DNA of 47,124 nucleotides, taken from IMG/VR virus record IMGVR_UViG_2939521961_000002. One strand, written 5' to 3'. The position numbers were made by a program, and so were the translations under genes. The notes beneath the pieces were generated by a model. It was not told where the DNA came from. It was given only the letters and a program-made list of their open reading frames with translations, and did no database searches. Shown here one piece after another: positions 30,064 through 39,431 of this stretch. The stretch comes from a virus (lineage: Duplodnaviria; Heunggongvirae; Uroviricota; Caudoviricetes). Numbering within the stretch: position 1 is the stretch's first letter; every line of letters starts with the position of its first letter.

Positions 30064-31089
30064 ATGTCGATGTACACAACCGCCCAGCTGCTGGCGGCAA
30101 ATGAGCAGAAATTTAAGTTTGATCCGCTGTTTCTGCGTCTCTTTTTCCGTGAGAGCTATCCCTTCACCACGGAGAAAGTCTATCTCTCACAAATTCCGGG
30201 ACTGGTAAACATGGCGCTGTACGTTTCGCCGATTGTTTCCGGTGAGGTTATCCGCTCCCGTGGCGGCTCCACCTCTGAATTTACGCCGGGATATGTCAAA
30301 CCCAAGCATGAAGTGAATCCGCAGATGACCCTGCGTCGCCTGCCGGATGAAGATCCACAGAATCTGGCGGACCCGGCTTACCGCCGCCGTCGCATCATCC
30401 TGCAGAACATGCGAGACGAAGAGCTGGCCATTGCTCAGGTCGAAGAGATGCAGGCAGTTTCTGCCGTGCTTAAGGGCAAATACACCATGACCGGTGAAGC
30501 CTTCGATCCGGTTGAAGTGGATATGGGCCGCAGTGTGGCGAACAACATCACGCAGTCCGGCGGTACGGAGTGGAGCAAGCGTGACAAGTCCACGTATGAC
30601 CCGACCGACGATATCGAAGCCTACGCGCTGAACGCCAGCGGTGTGGTGAATATCATCGTGTTTGATCCGAAAGGCTGGGCGCTGTTCCGTTCCTTCAAAG
30701 CCGTCAAGGAGAAGCTGGATACCCGTCGCGGCTCTCATTCCGAGCTGGAGACAGCGGTAAAAGACCTGGGCGAAGCGGTGTCCTATAAGGGGATGTATGG
30801 CGATACGGCGATCGTCGTGTATTCCGGACAGTACGTGGAAAACGACGTCAAAAAGAACTTCCTTCCGGACAACACGATGGTGCTGGGGAACACTCAGGCA
30901 CGCGGTCTGCGCACCTATGGCTGCATTCAGGATGCGGACGCACAGCGCGAAGGTATTAACGCCTCTGCCCGCTACCCGAAAAACTGGGTGACCACCGGCG
31001 ATCCGGCGCGTGAGTTCACCATGATTCAGTCAGCACCGCTGATGCTGCTGGCTGACCCTGATGCGTTCGTGTCCGTACAACTGGCGTAA
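30064..31089 (+). CDS. E: Major capsid protein E
   Basis: 341 aa MSMYTTAQLLAANEQKFKFDPLFLRLFF... matches lambda gpE. Confidence 0.95.
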   Translation: MSMYTTAQLLAANEQKFKFDPLFLRLFFRESYPFTTEKVYLSQIPGLVNMALYVSPIVSGEVIRSRGGSTSEFTPGYVKPKHEVNPQMTLRRLPDEDPQNLADPAYRRRRIILQNMRDEELAIAQVEEMQAVSAVLKGKYTMTGEAFDPVEVDMGRSVANNITQSGGTEWSKRDKSTYDPTDDIEAYALNASGVVNIIVFDPKGWALFRSFKAVKEKLDTRRGSHSELETAVKDLGEAVSYKGMYGDTAIVVYSGQYVENDVKKNFLPDNTMVLGNTQARGLRTYGCIQDADAQREGINASARYPKNWVTTGDPAREFTMIQSAPLMLLADPDAFVSVQLA

Positions 31090-31130
31090 TCATGGCCCTT
31101 CGGGGCCATTTTCTCTCTGTGGAGGAGTCC

Positions 31131-31526
31131 ATGACGAAAGATGAACTGATTGCCCGTCTTCAGGTGCTGGGTGAGCAACTGAACCGTGATGTCAGCCTGA
31201 CGGGGACGAAAGAAGAACTGGCACTCCGTGTGGCAGAGCTGGAAGAGGAGCTTGATGACACGGATGACGCTGCCGGTCAGGACACATCTGTCAGCCCGGA
31301 AAATGCGCTGACCGGACATGAAAATGAGGTTGTATCAGCGCAGCCGGATACCGTGACTGATACGGCTGATCTGGTCACGGTTGTGGCACTGGTGACGCTG
31401 CATACTGATGCACTTCACGCCACGCGGGATGAGGCTGTGGCATTTGTGCTGCCGGGAACGGCGTTCCGTGTCTCTGCCGGTGTGGCAGCTGAAATGACAG
31501 AGCGCGGCCTGGCCAGAATGCAATAA
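31131..31526 (+). CDS. FI: DNA packaging protein FI
   Basis: 131 aa MTKDELIARLQVLGEQLNRDVSLTG... matches lambda gpFI; GGAGGAG upstream. Confidence 0.9.
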   Translation: MTKDELIARLQVLGEQLNRDVSLTGTKEELALRVAELEEELDDTDDAAGQDTSVSPENALTGHENEVVSAQPDTVTDTADLVTVVALVTLHTDALHATRDEAVAFVLPGTAFRVSAGVAAEMTERGLARMQ

Positions 31527-31537
31527 CGGGAGGCGCT

Positions 31538-31912
31538 GTGGCTGATTTCGATAACCTGTTCGATGCTGCCATTGCCTGCGCCGATGAAACGATACGCGGG
31601 TACATGGGAACGTCAGCCACCATGACATCCGGTGAGCAGTCCGGTGCTGTGATACGTGGTGTTTTTGATGACCCTGAAAATATCAGCTATGCCGGACAGG
31701 GCGTGCGCGTTGAAGGCTCCAGCCCGTCCCTGTTTGTCCGGACTGATGATGTGCGGCAGCTGCGGCGCGGCGACACGCTGACCATCGGTGAGGAAAACTT
31801 CTGGATAGACCGGATTTCGCCGGATGATGGCGGAAGCTGTCATCTCTGGCTTGGGCGGGGCGTACCGCCTGCCGTTAACCGTCGCCGCTGGAAGGGGGAT
31901 GTATGGCCATAA
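31538..31912 (+). CDS. FII: Head-tail connector FII
   Basis: MADFDNLFDAAIACADETIRGYMGTSATMTSGEQSG... matches lambda gpFII; 3' end overlaps Z. Confidence 0.9.
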   Translation: MADFDNLFDAAIACADETIRGYMGTSATMTSGEQSGAVIRGVFDDPENISYAGQGVRVEGSSPSLFVRTDDVRQLRRGDTLTIGEENFWIDRISPDDGGSCHLWLGRGVPPAVNRRRWKGDVWP

Positions 31913-32481
31913 AAGGTCTTGAGCAGGCCGTTGAAAACCTCAGCCGTATCAGCAGAACGGCGGTGCCCGGTGCCGCCGCAATGGCCATTAACCGCGTTGC
32001 TTCATCCGCGATATCGCAGTCGGTGTCACAGGTTGCCCGTGAGACAAAGGTACGCCGGAAACTGGTAAAGGAAAGGGCCAGGCTGAAAAGGGCCACGGTC
32101 AAAAATCCGCAGGCCAGAATCAAGGTTAACCGGGGGGATTTGCCCGTAATCAAGCTGGGTAATGCGCGGGTTGTCCTTTCGCGCCGCAGGCGTCGTAAAA
32201 AGGGGCAGCGTTCATCCCTGAAAGGTGGCGGCAGCGTGCTTGTGGTGGGTAACCGTCGTATTCCCGGCGCGTTTATTCAGCAACTGAAAAATGGCCGGTG
32301 GCATGTTATGCAGCGTGTGGCCGGGAAAAACCGTTACCCCATTGATGTGGTGAAAATCCCGATGGCGGTGCCGCTGACCACGGCGTTTAAACAAAATATT
32401 GAGCGGATACGGCGTGAACGTCTTCCGAAAGAGCTGGGCTATGCGCTGCAGCATCAACTGAGGATGGTAATAAAGCGATGA
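31903..32481 (+). CDS. Z: Tail completion protein Z
   Basis: 192 aa matching lambda gpZ. Confidence 0.9.
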   Translation: MAIKGLEQAVENLSRISRTAVPGAAAMAINRVASSAISQSVSQVARETKVRRKLVKERARLKRATVKNPQARIKVNRGDLPVIKLGNARVVLSRRRRRKKGQRSSLKGGGSVLVVGNRRIPGAFIQQLKNGRWHVMQRVAGKNRYPIDVVKIPMAVPLTTAFKQNIERIRRERLPKELGYALQHQLRMVIKR

Positions 32482-32873
32482 AACATACTGAACTCCGTGC
32501 AGCCGTACTGGATGCACTGGAGAAGCATGACACCGGGGCGACGTTTTTTGATGGTCGCCCCGCTGTTTTTGATGAGGCGGATTTTCCGGCAGTTGCCGTT
32601 TATCTCACCGGCGCTGAATACACGGGCGAAGAGCTGGACAGCGATACCTGGCAGGCGGAGCTGCATATCGAAGTTTTCCTGCCTGCTCAGGTGCCGGATT
32701 CAGAGCTGGATGCGTGGATGGAGTCCCGGATTTATCCGGTGATGAGCGATATCCCGGCACTGTCAGAGTTGATCACCAGTATGGTGGCCAGTGGCTATGA
32801 CTACCGACGCGACGATGATGCGGGCCTGTGGAGTTCAGCCGATCTGACTTATGTCATTACCTATGAAATGTGA
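32478..32873 (+). CDS. U: Tail terminator U
   Basis: 131 aa [26 protein letters not shown]... matches lambda gpU. Confidence 0.9.
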   Translation: MKHTELRAAVLDALEKHDTGATFFDGRPAVFDEADFPAVAVYLTGAEYTGEELDSDTWQAELHIEVFLPAQVPDSELDAWMESRIYPVMSDIPALSELITSMVASGYDYRRDDDAGLWSSADLTYVITYEM

Positions 32874-32880
32874 GGACGCT

Positions 32881-33621
32881 ATGCCTGTACCAAATCCTGT
32901 AATGCCGGTGAAAGGTGCCGGGACCACCCTGTGGGTTTATAAGGGGAGCGGTGACCCTTATGCGAATCCGCTTTCAGACGTTGACTGGTCGCGTCTGGCA
33001 AAAGTTAAAGACCTGACGCCCGGCGAACTGACCGCTGAGTCCTATGACGACAGCTATCTCGATGATGAAGATGCGGACTGGACTGCGACCGGGCAGGGGC
33101 AGAAATCAGCCGGAGATACCAGCTTCACGCTGGCGTGGATGCCCGGAGAGCAGGGGCAGCAGGCGCTGCTGGCGTGGTTTAATGAAGGTGATACCCGTGC
33201 CTATAAAATCCGCTTCCCGAACGGCACGGTCGATGTGTTCCGTGGCTGGGTCAGCAGTATCGGTAAAGCGGTGACGGCGAAGGAAGTGATCACCCGCACG
33301 GTGAAGGTCACCAATGTGGGACGCCCGTCGATGGCAGAAGATCGCAGCACGGTCACAGCGGCAACCGGCATGACCGTGACGCCTGCCAGCACCTCGGTGG
33401 TGAAAGGGCAGAGCACCACGCTGACCGTGGCATTCCAGCCGGAAGGCGCAACCGACAAGAGCTTCCGTGCGGTGTCTGCGGATAAAACAAAAGCCACCGT
33501 GTCGGTCAGTGGTATGACCATCACCGTGAAAGGTGTTGCTGCAGGCAAGGTCAACATTCCGGTCGTATCCGGTAATGGTGAACTTGCTGCGGTTGCAGAA
33601 ATCACTGTCACCGACAGTTAA
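32881..33621 (+). CDS. V: Major tail protein V
   Basis: 246 aa [31 protein letters not shown]... matches lambda gpV including the C-terminal Ig-like domain. Confidence 0.95.
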   Translation: MPVPNPVMPVKGAGTTLWVYKGSGDPYANPLSDVDWSRLAKVKDLTPGELTAESYDDSYLDDEDADWTATGQGQKSAGDTSFTLAWMPGEQGQQALLAWFNEGDTRAYKIRFPNGTVDVFRGWVSSIGKAVTAKEVITRTVKVTNVGRPSMAEDRSTVTAATGMTVTPASTSVVKGQSTTLTVAFQPEGATDKSFRAVSADKTKATVSVSGMTITVKGVAAGKVNIPVVSGNGELAAVAEITVTDS

Positions 33622-33636
33622 TCCGGAGAGTCAGCG

Positions 33637-34059
33637 ATGTTCCTGAAAACCGAATCATTTGAACATAACGGCGTGACCGTCACGCTTTCTGAACTTTCAG
33701 CCCTGCAGCGTATTGAGCATCTCGCCCTGATGAAACGGCAGGCAGAACAGGCGGAGTCAGACAGCAACCGGAAGTTTACAGTGGAAGACGCCATCAGAAC
33801 CGGTGCTTTTGTGGTGGCGATGTCCCTGTGGCATAACCATCCGCAGAAGACAAAGCAGCCTTCCATGAATGAAGCCGTTAAACAGATTGAGCAGGAAGTG
33901 CTTACCACCTGGCCCACAGAGGCAATTTCTCATGCTGAAAACGTGGTGTACCGGCTGTCCGGTATGTATGAGTTTGTGGTGAATGATGCCCCTGAACAGG
34001 CAGAGGACGCCGGGCCTGCAGAGCCTGTTTCTGCGGGAAAGTGTTCGACGGTGAGCTGA
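33637..34059 (+). CDS. G: Tail assembly chaperone G
   Basis: 140 aa MFLKTESFEHNGVTVTLSELSALQRIEHL... matches lambda gpG. Confidence 0.9.
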   Translation: MFLKTESFEHNGVTVTLSELSALQRIEHLALMKRQAEQAESDSNRKFTVEDAIRTGAFVVAMSLWHNHPQKTKQPSMNEAVKQIEQEVLTTWPTEAISHAENVVYRLSGMYEFVVNDAPEQAEDAGPAEPVSAGKCSTVS

Positions 34060-34475
34060 GTTTTGCCCTGAAACTGGCGCGCGAGATGGGGCGACCCGAC
34101 TGGCGTGCCATGCTTGCCGGGATGTCATCCACGGAGTATGCCGACTGGCACCGCTTTTACAGTACCCATTATTTTCATGATGTTCTGCTGGATATGCACT
34201 TTTCCGGGCTGACGTACACCGTGCTCAGCCTGTTTTTCAGCGATCCGGATATGCATCCGCTGGATTTCAGTCTGCTGAACCGGCGTGAGGCTGACGAAGA
34301 GCCTGAAGATGATGTGCTGATGCAGAAAGCGGCAGGGCTTGCCGGAGGCGTCCGCTTTGGCCCGGACGGGAATGAAGTTATCCCCGCTTCCCCGGATGTG
34401 GCGGACATGACGGAGGATGACGTAATGCTGATGACAGTATCAGAAGGGATCGCAGGAGGAGTCCGGTATGGCTGA
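33637..34475 (+). CDS. T: G-T tail assembly chaperone fusion via programmed -1 frameshift
   Basis: Slippery heptamer G GGA AAG at 34035..34041 near the end of G; the -1 frame continues VFDGELSFALKLAREMGRPDWRAMLAG... (lambda gpT) to 34475. Confidence 0.8.
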
Positions 34476-37029
34476 ACCGGTAGGCGATCTGGTCGTTGAT
34501 TTAAGTCTGGATGCGGCCAGATTTGACGAGCAGATGGCCAGAGTCAGGCGTCATTTTTCCGGTACGGAAAGTGATGCGAAAAAAACAGCGGCAGTCGTTG
34601 AACAGTCGCTGAGCCGACAGGCGCTGGCTGCACAGAAAGCGGGGATTTCCGTCGGGCAGTATAAAGCCGCCATGCGTATGCTGCCTGCACAGTTCACCGA
34701 CGTGGCCACGCAGCTTGCAGGCGGGCAAAGTCCGTGGCTGATCCTGCTGCAACAGGGGGGGCAGGTGAAGGACTCCTTCGGCGGGATGATCCCCATGTTC
34801 AGGGGGCTTGCCGGTGCGATCACCCTGCCGATGGTGGGGGCCACCTCGCTGGCGGTGGCGACCGGTGCGCTGGCGTATGCCTGGTATCAGGGCAACTCAA
34901 CCCTGTCCGATTTCAACAAAACGCTGGTCCTTTCCGGCAATCAGGCGGGACTGACGGCAGATCGTATGCTGGTCCTGTCCAGAGCCGGGCAGGCGGCAGG
35001 GCTGACGTTTAACCAGACCAGCGAGTCACTCAGCGCACTGGTTAAGGCGGGGGTAAGCGGTGAGGCTCAGATTGCGTCCATCAGCCAGAGTGTGGCGCGT
35101 TTCTCCTCTGCATCCGGCGTGGAGGTGGACAAGGTCGCTGAAGCCTTCGGGAAGCTGACCACAGACCCGACGTCGGGGCTGACGGCGATGGCACGCCAGT
35201 TCCATAACGTGACGGCGGAGCAGATTGCGTATGTTGCTCAGTTGCAGCGTTCCGGCGATGAAGCCGGGGCATTGCAGGCGGCGAACGAGGCCGCAACGAA
35301 AGGGTTTGATGACCAGACCCGCCGCCTGAAAGAGAACATGGGCACGCTGGAGACCTGGGCAGACAGGACTGCGCGGGCCTTCAAATCCATGTGGGATGCG
35401 GTGCTGGATATTGGTCGTCCTGATACCGCGCAGGAGATGCTGATTAAGGCAGAGGCTGCGTTTAAGAAAGCAGACGACATCTGGAATCTGCGCAAGGATG
35501 ATTATTTTGTTAACGATGAAGCGCGGGCGCGTTACTGGGATGATCGTGAAAAGGCCCGTCTTGCGCTTGAAGCCGCCCGAAAGAAGGCTGAGCAGCAGAC
35601 TCAACAGGACAAAAATGCGCAGCAGCAGAGCGATACCGAAGCGTCACGGCTGAAATATACCGAAGAGGCGCAGAAGGCTTACAAACGGCTGCAGACGCCG
35701 CTGGAGAAATATACCGCCCGTCAGGAAGAACTGAACAAGGCACTGAAAGACGGGAAAATCCTGCAGGCGGATTACAACACGCTGATGGCGGCGGCGAAAA
35801 AGGATTATGAAGCGACGCTGAAAAAGCCGAAACAGTCCGGCGTGAAGGTGTCTGCGGGCGATCGTCAGGAAGACAGTGCTCATGCTGCCCTGCTGACGCT
35901 TCAGGCAGAACTCCGGACGCTGGAGAAGCATGCCGGAGCGAATGAGAAAATCAGCCAGCAGCGCCGGGATTTGTGGAAGGCAGAAAGTCAGTTCGCGGTA
36001 CTGGAGGAGGCGGCACAACGTCGCCAGCTGTCCGCACAGGAGAAATCCCTGCTGGCGCATAAAGATGAGACGCTGGAGTACAAACGCCAGCTGGCTGCAC
36101 TTGGCGACAAGGTTACGTATCAGGAGCGCCTGAACGCGCTGGCGCAGCAGGCGGATAAATTCGCACAGCAGCAACGGGCAAAACGGGCCGCCATTGATGC
36201 GAAAAGCCGGGGGCTGACTGACCGGCAGGCAGAACGGGAAGCCACGGAACAGCGCCTGAAGGAACAGTATGGCGATAATCCGCTGGCGCTGAATAACGTC
36301 ATGTCAGAGCAGAAAAAGACCTGGGCGGCTGAAGACCAGCTTCGCGGGAGCTGGATGGCAGGCCTGAAGTCCGGCTGGAGTGAGTGGGAAGAGAGCGCCA
36401 CGGACAGTATGTCGCAGGTAAAAAGTGCAGCCACGCAGACCTTTGATGGTATTGCACAGAATATGGCCGCGATGCTGACCGGCAGTGAGCAGAACTGGCG
36501 CAGCTTCACCCGTTCCGTGCTGTCCATGATGACAGAAATTCTGCTTAAGCAGGCAATGGTGGGGATTGTCGGGAGTATCGGCAGCGCCATTGGCGGGGCT
36601 GTTGGTGGCGGCGCATCCGCGTCAGGCGGTACAGCCATTCAGGCCGCTGCGGCGAAATTCCATTTTGCAACCGGAGGATTTACGGGAACCGGCGGCAAAT
36701 ATGAGCCAGCGGGGATTGTTCACCGTGGTGAATTTGTCTTCACGAAGGAGGCAACCAGCCGGATTGGCGTGGGGAATCTCTACCGGCTGATGCGCGGCTA
36801 TGCCACCGGTGGTTATGTCGGTACACCGGGCAGTCTGGCTGACAGCCGGTCGCAGGCGTCCGGGACGTTTGAGCAGAATAACCATGTGGTGATTAACAAC
36901 GACGGCACGAACGGGCAGATAGGTCCGGCTGCTCTGAAGGCGGTGTATGACATGGCCCGCAAGGGTGCCCGTGATGAAATTCAGACACAGATGCGTGATG
37001 GTGGCCTGTTCTCCGGAGGTGGACGATGA
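34468..37029 (+). CDS. H: Tail tape measure protein H
   Basis: 853 aa matching lambda gpH in sequence and length. Confidence 0.95.
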   Translation: MAEPVGDLVVDLSLDAARFDEQMARVRRHFSGTESDAKKTAAVVEQSLSRQALAAQKAGISVGQYKAAMRMLPAQFTDVATQLAGGQSPWLILLQQGGQVKDSFGGMIPMFRGLAGAITLPMVGATSLAVATGALAYAWYQGNSTLSDFNKTLVLSGNQAGLTADRMLVLSRAGQAAGLTFNQTSESLSALVKAGVSGEAQIASISQSVARFSSASGVEVDKVAEAFGKLTTDPTSGLTAMARQFHNVTAEQIAYVAQLQRSGDEAGALQAANEAATKGFDDQTRRLKENMGTLETWADRTARAFKSMWDAVLDIGRPDTAQEMLIKAEAAFKKADDIWNLRKDDYFVNDEARARYWDDREKARLALEAARKKAEQQTQQDKNAQQQSDTEASRLKYTEEAQKAYKRLQTPLEKYTARQEELNKALKDGKILQADYNTLMAAAKKDYEATLKKPKQSGVKVSAGDRQEDSAHAALLTLQAELRTLEKHAGANEKISQQRRDLWKAESQFAVLEEAAQRRQLSAQEKSLLAHKDETLEYKRQLAALGDKVTYQERLNALAQQADKFAQQQRAKRAAIDAKSRGLTDRQAEREATEQRLKEQYGDNPLALNNVMSEQKKTWAAEDQLRGSWMAGLKSGWSEWEESATDSMSQVKSAATQTFDGIAQNMAAMLTGSEQNWRSFTRSVLSMMTEILLKQAMVGIVGSIGSAIGGAVGGGASASGGTAIQAAAAKFHFATGGFTGTGGKYEPAGIVHRGEFVFTKEATSRIGVGNLYRLMRGYATGGYVGTPGSLADSRSQASGTFEQNNHVVINNDGTNGQIGPAALKAVYDMARKGARDEIQTQMRDGGLFSGGGR

Positions 37030-37355
37030 AAACCTTCCGCTGGAAAGTGAAACCCGGTATGGATGTGGCTTCGGCCCCTTCTGTAAGAAAGGTGCGCTTT
37101 GGTGATGGCTATTCCCAGCGAGCGCCTGCCGGGCTGAATGCCAACCTGAAAACGTACAGCGTGACGCTTTCTGTCCCCCGTGAGGAGGCCACGGTACTGG
37201 AGTCGTTTCTGGAAGAGCACGGGGGCTGGAAATCCTTTCTGTGGACGCCGCCTTATGAGTGGCGGCAGATAAAGGTGACCTGCGCAAAATGGTCGTCGCG
37301 GGTCAGTATGCTGCGTGTTGAGTTCAGCGCAGAGTTTGAACAGGTGGTGAACTGA
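37026..37355 (+). CDS. M: Tail tip protein M
   Basis: 109 aa MKTFRWKVKPGMDVASAPSVRKVRFGDGYSQRAP... matches lambda gpM. Confidence 0.9.
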   Translation: MKTFRWKVKPGMDVASAPSVRKVRFGDGYSQRAPAGLNANLKTYSVTLSVPREEATVLESFLEEHGGWKSFLWTPPYEWRQIKVTCAKWSSRVSMLRVEFSAEFEQVVN

Positions 37356-38053
37356 TGCAGGATATCCGGCAGGAAACACTGAATGAATGCACCCGTGCGG
37401 AGCAGTCGGCCAGCGTGGTGCTCTGGGAAATCGACCTGACAGAGGTCGGTGGAGAACGTTATTTTTTCTGTAATGAGCAGAACGAAAAAGGTGAGCCGGT
37501 CACCTGGCAGGGGCGACAGTATCAGGCGTATCCCATTCAGGGGACGGGATTTGAACTGAACGGCAAGGGCAGTGCTGCCCGTCCGACACTGACGGTTTCT
37601 AACCTGCACGGCATGGTCACCGGTATGGTGGAAGATATGCAGAGTCTGGTCGGCGGAACGGTGGTCAGGCGTAAGGTTTACGCCCGTTTTCTGGATGCGG
37701 TGAACTTCGTCAACGGAAACAGTTACGCCGATCCGGAGCAGGAGGTGATCAGCCGCTGGCGCATTGAGCAGTGCAGCGAACTGAGCGCGGTGAGTGCCTC
37801 CTTTGTACTGTCCACGCCGACGGAAACGGATGGCGCTGTTTTTCCGGGACGTATCATGCTGGCCAACACCTGCACCTGGACCTATCGCGGTGACGAGTGC
37901 GGTTATAGCGGTCCGGCTGTCGCGGATGAATATGACCAGCCAACGTCCGATATCACGAAGGATAAATGCAGCAAATGCCTGAGCGGTTGTAAGTTCCACA
38001 ATAACGTCGGCAACTTTGGCGGCTTCCTTTCCATTAACAAACTTTCGCAGTAA
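37355..38053 (+). CDS. L: Tail tip protein L
   Basis: 232 aa matching lambda gpL. Confidence 0.9.
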   Translation: MQDIRQETLNECTRAEQSASVVLWEIDLTEVGGERYFFCNEQNEKGEPVTWQGRQYQAYPIQGTGFELNGKGSAARPTLTVSNLHGMVTGMVEDMQSLVGGTVVRRKVYARFLDAVNFVNGNSYADPEQEVISRWRIEQCSELSAVSASFVLSTPTETDGAVFPGRIMLANTCTWTYRGDECGYSGPAVADEYDQPTSDITKDKCSKCLSGCKFHNNVGNFGGFLSINKLSQ

Positions 38054-38058
38054 ATCCC

Positions 38059-38709
38059 ATGACACAGACAGAATCAGCGATTCTGGCGCACGCCCGGCGA
38101 TGTGCGCCAGCGGAGTCGTGCGGCTTCGTGGTAAGCACGCCGGAGGGGGAAAGATATTTCCCCTGCGTGAATATCTCCGGTGAGCCGGAGGCGTATTTCC
38201 GTATGTCGCCGGAAGACTGGCTGCAGGCAGAAATGCAGGGGGAGATTGTGGCGCTGGTCCACAGCCACCCCGGTGGTCTGCCCTGGCTGAGTGAGGCCGA
38301 CCGGCGGCTGCAGGTGCAGAGTGATTTGCCGTGGTGGCTGGTCTGCCGGGGTGAGATTCATAAGTTCCGCTGTGTGCCGCATCTCACCGGGCGGCGCTTT
38401 GAGCACGGTGTGACGGACTGTTACACACTGTTCCGGGATGCTTATCATCTGGCGGAGATTGAGATGCCGGATTTTGTGCGTGAGGATGACTGGTGGCGTA
38501 ACGGTCAGAATCTCTATCTGGATAATCTGGAGGCCACAGGGCTGTATCAGGTGCCGTTGTCAGCGGCGCAGCCGGGCGATGTGCTGCTGTGCTGTTTTGG
38601 TTCATCGGTGCCGAATCACGCCGCTATTTACTGTGGTGACGGCGAGCTGCTGCACCATATTCCTGAACAACTGAGTAAACGGGAGAGGTATACCGACAAA
38701 TGGCAGTGA
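38059..38709 (+). CDS. K: Tail tip assembly protein K (JAB/MPN and NlpC/P60-like)
   Basis: 216 aa MTQTESAILAHARRCAPAESCGFVVSTPEGERYF... matches lambda gpK. Confidence 0.9.
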   Translation: MTQTESAILAHARRCAPAESCGFVVSTPEGERYFPCVNISGEPEAYFRMSPEDWLQAEMQGEIVALVHSHPGGLPWLSEADRRLQVQSDLPWWLVCRGEIHKFRCVPHLTGRRFEHGVTDCYTLFRDAYHLAEIEMPDFVREDDWWRNGQNLYLDNLEATGLYQVPLSAAQPGDVLLCCFGSSVPNHAAIYCGDGELLHHIPEQLSKRERYTDKWQ

Positions 38710-39371
38710 CGCACACACTCCCTCTGGCGTCACCGGGAATGGCACGCATCTGCCTTTACGGGGATTTGCAACGATTTGGCCGCCGCATCGACCTTCGTGT
38801 GAAAACGGGGGCTGAAGCCATCCGCGCACTGGCCACACAGCTCCCGGCGTTTCGTCAGAAACTGAGCGACGGCTGGTATCAGGTACGGATTGCCGGGCGG
38901 GACGTCAGCGCGTCCGGGTTAACGGCGCAGTTACATGAGACTCTGCCTGATGGCGCTGTGATTCATATTGTTCCCAGAGTCGCCGGGGCCAAGTCAGGTG
39001 GCGTATTCCAGATTGTCCTGGGGGCTGCAGCCATTGCCGGATCATTCTTTACCGCCGGAGCCACCCTTGCAGCATGGGGGGCAGCCATTGGGGCCGGTGG
39101 TATGACCGGCATCCTGTTTTCTCTCGGTGCCAGTATGGTGCTCGGTGGTGTGGCGCAGATGCTGGCACCGAAAGCCAGAACTCCCCGTACACAGACAACG
39201 GATAACGGTAAGCAGAACACCTATTTCTCCTCACTGGATAACATGGTTGCCCAGGGCAATGTTCTGCCTGTTCTGTACGGGGAAATGCGCGTGGGGTCTC
39301 GCGTGGTTTCTCAGGAGATCAGCACGGCAGACGAAGGGGACGGTGGTCAGGTTGTGGTGATTGGTCGCTGA
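38700..39371 (+). CDS. I: Tail tip assembly protein I
   Basis: 223 aa matching lambda gpI. Confidence 0.9.
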   Translation: MAVTHTLPLASPGMARICLYGDLQRFGRRIDLRVKTGAEAIRALATQLPAFRQKLSDGWYQVRIAGRDVSASGLTAQLHETLPDGAVIHIVPRVAGAKSGGVFQIVLGAAAIAGSFFTAGATLAAWGAAIGAGGMTGILFSLGASMVLGGVAQMLAPKARTPRTQTTDNGKQNTYFSSLDNMVAQGNVLPVLYGEMRVGSRVVSQEISTADEGDGGQVVVIGR

Positions 39372-39431
39372 TGCAAAATGTTTTATGTGAAACCGCCTGC
39401 GGGCGGTTTTGTCGTTTATGGAGCGTGAGGA

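Noticed and set aside
35026-37287. Chain of minus-strand ORFs of 170-220 aa
   Set aside because: Antisense to tape measure gene H; Ala/Arg/Pro-rich compositions typical of spurious frames.
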